Shown here piece after piece: positions 1-6,964 of a stretch of DNA of 12,256 bases. The position numbers and the translations under genes were made by a program. Position 1 is the stretch's first letter. Every line of letters starts with the position of its first letter. The notes beneath the pieces were generated by a model. That model saw nothing but the letters and a program-made list of their open reading frames with translations, was not told where the DNA came from and made no database searches. The stretch covers positions 1 to 12,256 of the forward strand of contig JBCCQY010000217.1 in the NCBI GenBank assembly GCA_039208735.1, given 5' to 3'. Source of the DNA: Myxococcota bacterium (GTDB taxonomy: Bacteria > Myxococcota_A > UBA796 > GCA-2862545).

Positions 1-48
1 ACCGGAGCCGGCGCCCCCGCAGCCGGAAGCATGGTTCCAGGCGCTCCC

Positions 49-79
49 TTCAATATCGTCACACTCCGGGACGATTGAA
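49..79. promoter_or_regulatory. Imperfect inverted repeat upstream of the efflux gene run
   Basis: TTCAATATCGTC (49-60), 9-nt spacer, GACGATTGAA (70-79). The arms are complementary apart from a 2-nt bulge in the left arm. Confidence 0.3.
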
Positions 80-178
80 TCTCGAGGCGAGACGCAATTC
101 AGCAATTCGTAAGTTTCCTTCAAGGCCTTCGATAGAAGCCTCAATCGACACAGAACCATGTTCGCGGACTCGCGAACC

Positions 179-184
179 AGGAGG
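179..184 (+). promoter_or_regulatory. Ribosome-binding site of the outer-membrane factor gene
   Basis: AGGAGG lies 4 nt before in-frame GTG 189 and 13 nt before in-frame ATG 198. Confidence 0.6.
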
Positions 185-188
185 GGTA

Positions 189-1595
189 GTGATCCTAATG
201 GCCTACCTGGGGATAGCTGTGCATGCGGCACCCCAAGTGCTCGAGATTCACGCCATCGCACCGCGCTGGTCCGTCAAGGCCAGCAACAGGGCGATTGCAC
301 AGGGCCCATGGTGGAAGACGCTCAATGATGCGATACTCAGTGAGGTCATCGAACTCGGCCTCGCCAGCAATCCGGATATGGAGGCTGCTTACGGTCGCCT
401 CGATGTGGCGAAGGCTTCGACCATCGTGGCGTTGGCGGGGTTGGTGCCATCGACCTCCTTCGATCTGACCACCTCAGGGCAGCCAGGAAGCGTCGTGTTC
501 CGTTGTGCCGTCGGACCCATCACACCCGAGGAACTCGAAAGCTTCAGCAATCCAACGATGGAGAACGATGGCCTTTGCTTCACCGGTTCGGCACTCTTTA
601 ACTTTCGATGGGGCCTCGACGTATTCGGCGAAGGGATTCTCAAGCATCGCTCGGCGCGATTTGAGGCAGAAGCGGCTCGCCAAGACCGATCCGCGATACG
701 CCTTTTGGTCAGCGGAAGCATCGCCAGCGCCTACCTCGATGCCCTTTCGGCAGCGCAGAAAGTCACCATTCTCGTCGACCAACTCGACGCACAGTCCACG
801 CTGCTCGAACTGCTCGAACGCCGGTATGAGATGGGGGCAGCAACGGGTCTGGACGTGCTCCAGCAACGGCAGGCCGTTGCCTCGACGCAGGCGTCCCTTC
901 CGTTGGTCCGCTTGTCGGCCGACAGCCAGCTCCGAGTCCTCGCCGCGCTCATGGGCGCTGGCCTTGACGACATCCCACGCCTTCCCAACGTTCTACCTGG
1001 CCCTCCACCGCCACCGACCATCGGCACTCCGACCGATCTGATCTCACGGCGGCCCGACCTTGTCGCGGCCCGATCACGAGTGACGGCAGCCAAGGCTCGA
1101 CGTAGGTCATCGGTGCGCAGCCTCTTGCCCAAGGTCTCGATGAATGCCAATGTCGGCTGGACTTACGCTCTGGCAGACGACCTATCTACCCTCGAGACCT
1201 TTGGGATTGGAGGCGCGTTCACCGTTCCACTGTTCAACGGTGGCCTCGGTGTGGCCGAGTTGAGAAGCGCTCAGGGCACCTATCGTACTGTAGTGAGTGC
1301 CTACAACACCGCCCTGCTCAATGCGGTTCGCGATGTCGAGAATGGCGTCATCCGCGACCGCGAACTCGCGACACGTCATGAGGCCGTCAAGGCCCAGGTT
1401 GTGGCCGTCCGCAGCGCATTCGAGGAAGCCAAGCAACGGTACCTTCAGGGCCTCGACACCTTTCTTGCTGTGCTGACCGCTCAAGCGGACTTGCAGCGGG
1501 CGGAAGTGTCGTTGGTCGACGCACTCCGGGATCGCTTGGCTGCTCGCACACAGCTTCTCACTGCCCTCGGCGGTGACACGGGAGGCTCTCGATGA
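189..1595 (+). CDS. Outer-membrane efflux factor (TolC/NodT/OprM family)
   Basis: Family motifs WWKTLND...LASNPDM, WGLDVFG, RRYEMG...LDVLQ, PTDLISRRPDL, VPLFNGG, RYLQGLDTFLAVLTAQ and C-terminal LTALGG. The ORF track starts at TTG 75, but an AGGAGG RBS at 179-184 precedes in-frame GTG 189 and ATG 198, which give a short hydrophobic signal-like N-terminus. The exact start (189 or 198) is uncertain. The stop overlaps the next ATG (ATGA 1592-1595). Confidence 0.9.
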   Translation: MILMAYLGIAVHAAPQVLEIHAIAPRWSVKASNRAIAQGPWWKTLNDAILSEVIELGLASNPDMEAAYGRLDVAKASTIVALAGLVPSTSFDLTTSGQPGSVVFRCAVGPITPEELESFSNPTMENDGLCFTGSALFNFRWGLDVFGEGILKHRSARFEAEAARQDRSAIRLLVSGSIASAYLDALSAAQKVTILVDQLDAQSTLLELLERRYEMGAATGLDVLQQRQAVASTQASLPLVRLSADSQLRVLAALMGAGLDDIPRLPNVLPGPPPPPTIGTPTDLISRRPDLVAARSRVTAAKARRRSSVRSLLPKVSMNANVGWTYALADDLSTLETFGIGGAFTVPLFNGGLGVAELRSAQGTYRTVVSAYNTALLNAVRDVENGVIRDRELATRHEAVKAQVVAVRSAFEEAKQRYLQGLDTFLAVLTAQADLQRAEVSLVDALRDRLAARTQLLTALGGDTGGSR

Positions 1596-2776
1596 AGAAC
1601 GTTTGGGCAAATGCGGTGATCCTCTTCGTGGTGGTGGGAGGAGCAACCCTGGTCTCAGTGGTGATGTTCAGCCTGCGCCCCGAAGTGCAGCGACAGGTAC
1701 GCGAGCCGTCCATCCCTCGTGTCGAAGTCATCGTGGTGAAGCCGCAAGACAAGACCGCCCATGTCCACGCACACGGGATTGTCGAGCAGGCCAAGCAGAT
1801 ATCACTGATGCCGCAAGCGCAAGGTCGTATCGTTTGGCAAAGCGACGAGCTTGTGCCTGGAAACCGAGTTCAAAAGGGAACCGTACTCGCTCGAATCGAT
1901 CCTTCGGACTACGAACTCGCGGTTGAACAATCGAAGAGTCTAGTGCGGAACGCGGAGGTTGAACTCGAGCTAGAGCGAGGGCGCCAGACGATCGCCCAAG
2001 AAGCGTGGGCACTGCTCGGTGGTGGGGCAGACGCGGAGGATGCCCCGCTTGCCTTGCGCAAACCACAATTGAAGGCCGCCGAGCAGTCGCTCGCCGCAGC
2101 ACAGGCAAGCCTGAGGCAGGCCGAAATTAACCTTCAGCGGACGTTTCTCGTCGCACCATTCAATTCGGTGATCCTTGAAGAATCGATCGATCTTGGTCAG
2201 GTGGTCGGGCCATCCAATACGGTCGTGAAGCTACTGGGCACAGACGAGGTACGGGTCAAGGTCTCTCTGCCGATGGACCAGGTGTCGACGGTAGCGCTCC
2301 CGACGGGCGAAGACCCTGGATCTCGGGCTTATGTCGAGCAGCGATTCTCGACGGGCTCAGTGGTTCGTGTGGGTTCGGTATCCCAGTTGCTGGCTCAACT
2401 CGATTCCGCCACGCGTACCGCTCAACTGCTTGTCGCCGTCCCGAATCCCATGGAGGGTCCCGAAGGTTCCATTCCCCTGTTGCCTGGTGCCTACGTGGAT
2501 GTGGCCATCGATGGTCGGGTGCTGAGCGACGTCATGGCGATTCCGCGGACCGCGCTCGACGAGGGCGATCGAGTGTGGATCGTCGAGCAAGAAGGGACCC
2601 TCGCTTCGCGAACGGTGCGCGTAGCCTGGCGAGAGGCCGAAGACGTCGCGGTGACGGACGGCCTGGAGTCAGGGAACCGAGTGGCGGTCAGCCCACTTGC
2701 GCACCCCATCGAAGGCATGCGGGTCGAAGCGGTTTCGCCAGGCGACGCTCTACGTGAAGTCGGACCGGAGGAATAG
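1592..2776 (+). CDS. RND efflux periplasmic adaptor (membrane fusion protein)
   Basis: N-terminal TM anchor; lipoyl-like halves (QAQGRIV...PGNRVQKGTVLARID and LVAPFNSVI...IDLGQVV) flanking an alpha-helical hairpin; LDSATRT and LLPGAYVDVAI; AIPRTAL...VWIV...VTDGLESGNRV. ATGA coupling to the upstream gene. Confidence 0.93.
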   Translation: MKNVWANAVILFVVVGGATLVSVVMFSLRPEVQRQVREPSIPRVEVIVVKPQDKTAHVHAHGIVEQAKQISLMPQAQGRIVWQSDELVPGNRVQKGTVLARIDPSDYELAVEQSKSLVRNAEVELELERGRQTIAQEAWALLGGGADAEDAPLALRKPQLKAAEQSLAAAQASLRQAEINLQRTFLVAPFNSVILEESIDLGQVVGPSNTVVKLLGTDEVRVKVSLPMDQVSTVALPTGEDPGSRAYVEQRFSTGSVVRVGSVSQLLAQLDSATRTAQLLVAVPNPMEGPEGSIPLLPGAYVDVAIDGRVLSDVMAIPRTALDEGDRVWIVEQEGTLASRTVRVAWREAEDVAVTDGLESGNRVAVSPLAHPIEGMRVEAVSPGDALREVGPEE

Positions 2777-2779
2777 GCC

Positions 2780-5700
2780 ATGTCAGAGGAAGTGGAGACC
2801 TCCAAGCCGCACGTGGACCCCACACCGAAAGGGGCCATTGCGTGGATGGCACGAAACCCTGTTGCCGCCAACCTACTCATGCTCGTCGTCATTCTCGGTG
2901 GTCTGTTTGGCCTCGTGCAAGTGAAACAGGAGATTTTCCCTGACTTCACCTTCGATATTGTCCGTGTCGAGGTGCCTTACCCAGGGGCGAGTCCTTCTGA
3001 GGTCGAGCAGGGCATCTTGCTCGCCGTCGAGGAGGAACTCCGCGGCCTTGACGGTGTGAAGCGAATCACCTCCCAGGCCTCGGAGGGTATCGGAGTCGTC
3101 AACGCCGAGTTGTTGCTCGGAGCGAATCCCGACAAAGTCCTCGCCGATGTGAAGACTGCGGTCGATCGCGTGTCGTCGCTGCCCGAGGAATCCGAAGAAC
3201 CCAACATCGTGGTACGAACCGAGCGGCAACAGGTTGTTTCGTTGGTGTTGTCAGGGGGGCGGGATCTCAAGGCTCTCCACGACATCGCCGAGGGAGTCTA
3301 CGACAAGCTACTCAGCAGTCCAGCGATCACGCAGGTGGCGCTTGAAGGGGTCCGCCCTCTCGAGATTGCCATCGAGGTGCCCCAGGGAGTTCTCGAATCC
3401 TATGGCTTGACCCTCGACCAGATCGCCGCGCGGGTCCGTGACTCCAGCCTCGAACTGCCTGGAGGGGCCCTGAAGACAAGGGGGGGTGAAGTATTGGTGC
3501 GCGTCGCGGACCGACGTCTTCAGGGTTCTGACTTCGAAGACATTGTGATCAAAGGTGTTGCCGCGGGTGGCGACGTGCGTTTGGGAGACATGGCCCGAGT
3601 TGTCGATGGCTATGCGGATATCGACCTCTACCATTCTTTCAACGGCAATCCTGCAGTTCGGATCGTGGCGTATCGCACCGGCAGCGAATCGCCACAGAGC
3701 ATCGCTGATGCAGTAAAGGAGCTGAAAACCGAACTCGAGTCCGAACTGCCCGAAGGACTCACGTTAGCCATCTGGGACGACAATTCCCAGCGGCTCCGTG
3801 GTCGCATCGATTTACTAACGCGCAACGCAGCGATGGGGATGGTCCTCGTCCTTCTGGTCCTCACTGCGTTTCTCGACCTAAGGCTCGCGATTTGGGTGGG
3901 CCTCGGCATCCCCGTCTCGATCCTCGGTGCTTTCGCCCTGATGCCCACCGTCGATGTTTCCGTCAACATGATCAGCCTATTCGCGTTCATCATTACCCTC
4001 GGCATGGTGGTCGACGATGCGATTGTGGTCGGTGAGAGCGTACACAACGCCCATAACGGAGGACTATCCAGGCTCGAGGCAGCGATTCATGGCGCGTCAC
4101 AGGTCATTGTCCCGGTGACGTTCTCGATCCTCACGACGATCGTCATGTTTGCACCAATGCTATTCGTCCCTGGGGTCATTGGCCAGCTGTTCCGCATCAT
4201 GCCGACGTTGGTCATCTTGGTGTTGGCGTTCAGCTGGATCGAGAGCTTCTTCGTCCTTCCCGCCCACCTTGGCCACGGCGACGGCGGTCTCGGCAACGTG
4301 TTTCCACCCGCCAGATGGCTTGGTGACGCGATTTCGCGCATCCGCGCGCCGATCGAGCGCGGGCTCGTGGCCTTCCAAGACCGCGGGTACGCGCCAACCG
4401 TAGAGCGACTGATTCGCTGGCGCTACGTGTCCGTCGCCGGTGGATTCGCGTTGTTCATCCTAACCCTTGGCACGATTGCGTCGGGTCTGGTTCCCTCGAC
4501 GTTTTTCCCCAAGCCCGAAGGAGACATCGTGACCGCCAGCGCGAAGCTCCCCTTTGGCTCGCCCGTCTCGCGGACTGCCGACGTGCAGCACGCCATGGAG
4601 GCGGCCGCAAGGCGTTCGCTCGCCAAGACCGAGAGGGGGATTTTCAAGGGCATGTACGCGACACTCGGAGCCAGCCCCACAAGTGAAAACAACGCCACGG
4701 ATGGCGGCCATTTGGTGTCGGTCGAGGTTCAGCTGACCCCTGCAGGCGAGCGGAGCCTGACCTCACAACAGTTCGCGGACCTCTGGGCAGCCGAGATGCC
4801 CCCGATGGCGGGGCTCGAATCGCTGGTGTTTTCGAGTTCCCTCGGGCCGAGTAGTGGTGCGGCCATCGACGTTGCCTTGTCTCACCCTGACGCTGCGGTG
4901 CTCAACAAAGCCTCGAACCAGGTGCTCGCCGAACTCCAAACGTATCAGGGCCTGACCGACTTCCAGAACAGCTTTGCGCTTGGCAAGCCGCAACTGGACT
5001 ACCAGCTGTTACCATCCGCCGGTCGCCTGGGTCTCACCAGCAACGACGTCGCGCGCCAGCTACGCGCCGCGTTCTTCGGAGCCGAGGCCCTGCGTGAACA
5101 GCGAGGTCGGAACGAGGTGAAGGTCATGGTGCGCTTGCCAGAGGCACAGCGCAGCAGCGAATTCTATCTCGAACGGCTGCGAATTCGAACTTTGACGGGA
5201 AGCTCGGTGCCCCTGGGTGAAGTAGCGCAGGCTCAGCGAGGCCGAGCTCCTACCACCATCTCCAGGGAAGACGGGCGTCGAATCGTGAACATCACGGCGG
5301 AATTGACCTCGGCCATGAAGAGTTCCAACGACATCGTTGCGTCGCTCGAGAGCGATTTGTTCCCTGAGCTACGTCGTACCTATCCGGGTCTCCTCGTAGC
5401 GTTTGCCGGAGAGCAGCGGGAACAGGCCGAAGCCATGACCTCGCTGGGCCTCAACTTCGTGCTTGCATTGTTCGTGATGTACGCAATGCTTGCGATCCCG
5501 TTCAGAAGCTACATCCAACCCGTCATCGTGATGGCGGCCATCCCGATGGGCTTGGTGGGCGCAGTGTTGGGACACCTGGTCATGGGCTACGAGATGTCGC
5601 TGGTCAGCGGGTTTGGGATCGTCGCGCTGGCGGGAGTCGTGGTGAACGACAGCCTGGTCATGATCGACGCGATCAACCGAAACCGGGACGGGGGGATGAC

Positions 5701-5992
5701 CGTGCGGGATGCGGCCATCCAAGGGGGAGTGCGACGTCTGCGTCCTATCCTGCTCACCTCCCTCACCACGTTCTTTGGCCTGGCCCCGATGATTCTCGAG
5801 ACCAGCTCGCAGGCTCGATTCCTCATCCCCATGGCCATCAGTCTGGGGTTCGGTGTGCTCATCGCAACGGTAGCCATTCTGTTGCTCGGACCACCACTCT
5901 ACGTCATCATCGATGACGTCACGCAGATGGCACGGCGGACGCTGGGCAAGTTGCCCGCTGATTCAGAGCCTCGGTCAGCGGCCGCGAAGTAA
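2780..5992 (+). CDS. RND efflux transporter, AcrB/HAE1-like permease subunit (copy 1)
   Basis: 1070 aa with NPVAANLLM, YPGASPSEVE, TM4 GMVVDDAIVVGE and TM11 RLRPILLTSLTTFFGLAPM; two large periplasmic loops between TM blocks. RBS GGAGGA at 2767-2772, with the ATG 3 nt after the adaptor stop. Confidence 0.96.
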   Translation: MSEEVETSKPHVDPTPKGAIAWMARNPVAANLLMLVVILGGLFGLVQVKQEIFPDFTFDIVRVEVPYPGASPSEVEQGILLAVEEELRGLDGVKRITSQASEGIGVVNAELLLGANPDKVLADVKTAVDRVSSLPEESEEPNIVVRTERQQVVSLVLSGGRDLKALHDIAEGVYDKLLSSPAITQVALEGVRPLEIAIEVPQGVLESYGLTLDQIAARVRDSSLELPGGALKTRGGEVLVRVADRRLQGSDFEDIVIKGVAAGGDVRLGDMARVVDGYADIDLYHSFNGNPAVRIVAYRTGSESPQSIADAVKELKTELESELPEGLTLAIWDDNSQRLRGRIDLLTRNAAMGMVLVLLVLTAFLDLRLAIWVGLGIPVSILGAFALMPTVDVSVNMISLFAFIITLGMVVDDAIVVGESVHNAHNGGLSRLEAAIHGASQVIVPVTFSILTTIVMFAPMLFVPGVIGQLFRIMPTLVILVLAFSWIESFFVLPAHLGHGDGGLGNVFPPARWLGDAISRIRAPIERGLVAFQDRGYAPTVERLIRWRYVSVAGGFALFILTLGTIASGLVPSTFFPKPEGDIVTASAKLPFGSPVSRTADVQHAMEAAARRSLAKTERGIFKGMYATLGASPTSENNATDGGHLVSVEVQLTPAGERSLTSQQFADLWAAEMPPMAGLESLVFSSSLGPSSGAAIDVALSHPDAAVLNKASNQVLAELQTYQGLTDFQNSFALGKPQLDYQLLPSAGRLGLTSNDVARQLRAAFFGAEALREQRGRNEVKVMVRLPEAQRSSEFYLERLRIRTLTGSSVPLGEVAQAQRGRAPTTISREDGRRIVNITAELTSAMKSSNDIVASLESDLFPELRRTYPGLLVAFAGEQREQAEAMTSLGLNFVLALFVMYAMLAIPFRSYIQPVIVMAAIPMGLVGAVLGHLVMGYEMSLVSGFGIVALAGVVVNDSLVMIDAINRNRDGGMTVRDAAIQGGVRRLRPILLTSLTTFFGLAPMILETSSQARFLIPMAISLGFGVLIATVAILLLGPPLYVIIDDVTQMARRTLGKLPADSEPRSAAAK

Positions 5993-6018
5993 CGCGCATC
6001 AACTGCGTTCTGAAGATC

Positions 6019-6053
6019 GGCGCACGCGATCGGCCTCTCGTCGGGCGTGTGCC
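6019..6053 (+). promoter_or_regulatory. GC-rich intergenic stem-loop without U-tract
   Basis: GGCGCACGC (6019-6027) pairs with GCGTGTGCC (6045-6053) with one G.U pair. No poly-T follows, so it is not a classical intrinsic terminator. Confidence 0.35.
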
Positions 6054-6085
6054 CGTCACTCCTCCCTCATCCATCAGGAAGCCGT

Positions 6086-6964
6086 ATGTCTGAACAAGGG
6101 CTCGTTATCTCCAATCTCTCAAAGACGTATCGCAACGGCGTTCGGGCGCTTGATCGCGTCTCATTCAGCGTATCGCCAGGGCTCTATGGCCTGCTTGGTC
6201 CCAACGGCGCAGGCAAATCGACGCTTATGCGAACACTCGCCACGCTTCAACGTCCAGACGAGGGTTCCGTATTCCTCGATGGCGTCGAGGTACTGCAAGA
6301 TGCCGATTACCTCAGGAACAGGCTTGGTTACCTTCCCCAGTCCATCGCGCCCTATCCTGGTGTCACGGCGACGCAGTTGCTGACACGATTTGCTTGGCTC
6401 AAGGGTCGAACCAATCCGAGTATTCGTAAACAGGAAGTCACTCACCTTTTGGCCCGGGTGAGCTTGTCCGAACACGCAAATCGCCTGCTCAGCACCTACT
6501 CGGGCGGAATGCTTCGACGATTTGGCATTGCCGTGGCCTTGGTCGCGTCACCTCGGCTGATCATCGTGGACGAGCCCACCGCGGGGCTCGACCCCGAGGA
6601 ACGAAACCGGTTCCACCGAATTCTTGCCGACGTGGCTTCCCACGCGGTGGTTCTTCTCTCCACCCACATTGTCGAGGACATTGAGAATGTTTGCACACGG
6701 CTCGCCATTTTGAACGAGGGTCGAATCGTGGCGGAGGGCAAGCCCACCGAACTCCAGGCTCCTCTAAAGGGCCGGTTGTGGTCTAGGGTCGTACCTCGGA
6801 ACGAGTCGCTACCCGATGCACTTCACATGGCGGCGCGTCCACAGGGGACCAAGGTGGTTGTGCTGGGGGACCATCCCCCCTCTGCCGCATTCTCCGCTCA
6901 TTCACCGACCCTCGAAGACGCCTACTACGTAGCTGTCGCCGAGTCCCGAAAGGTGGCGGCATGA
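6086..6964 (+). CDS. ABC transporter ATP-binding protein (ABC-2/drug-exporter type)
   Basis: Walker A GPNGAGKST, Q-loop YLPQ, signature YSGGM, Walker B LIIVDEPT, H-loop LSTH and C-terminal PTLEDAY. ATG 6086 with AGGAAG at 6076-6081 is preferred over GTG 6047. ATGA overlap with the next gene. Confidence 0.95.
   Translation: MSEQGLVISNLSKTYRNGVRALDRVSFSVSPGLYGLLGPNGAGKSTLMRTLATLQRPDEGSVFLDGVEVLQDADYLRNRLGYLPQSIAPYPGVTATQLLTRFAWLKGRTNPSIRKQEVTHLLARVSLSEHANRLLSTYSGGMLRRFGIAVALVASPRLIIVDEPTAGLDPEERNRFHRILADVASHAVVLLSTHIVEDIENVCTRLAILNEGRIVAEGKPTELQAPLKGRLWSRVVPRNESLPDALHMAARPQGTKVVVLGDHPPSAAFSAHSPTLEDAYYVAVAESRKVAA

Noticed and set aside
1..32. Possible divergent gene starting at minus-strand ATG 32 (MLPAAGAPAP...), with AAGGGAG upstream
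   Set aside because: Only 10 codons are visible at the window edge, so it cannot be supported.
75..188. N-terminal extension of the outer-membrane factor from TTG 75
   Set aside because: The extension is hydrophilic with no signal-peptide character and no RBS. A clear AGGAGG precedes 189/198.
996..1032. Poly-proline run PGPPPPPTIGTP in the outer-membrane factor
   Set aside because: It matches the usual Pro-rich linker before the P..L..RRPD motif of OprM/NodT proteins. The codons are mixed, so it is not a slippage repeat.
5587..5877. Antisense ORF resembling ORF 11198-11401 (+)
   Set aside because: These are shadow frames of the two paralogous RND genes, and their similarity simply reflects the sense-strand conservation.
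6047..6085. GTG 6047 start for the ABC ATPase
   Set aside because: It lies inside a hairpin with no RBS. ATG 6086 has AGGAAG and gives the normal distance to Walker A.
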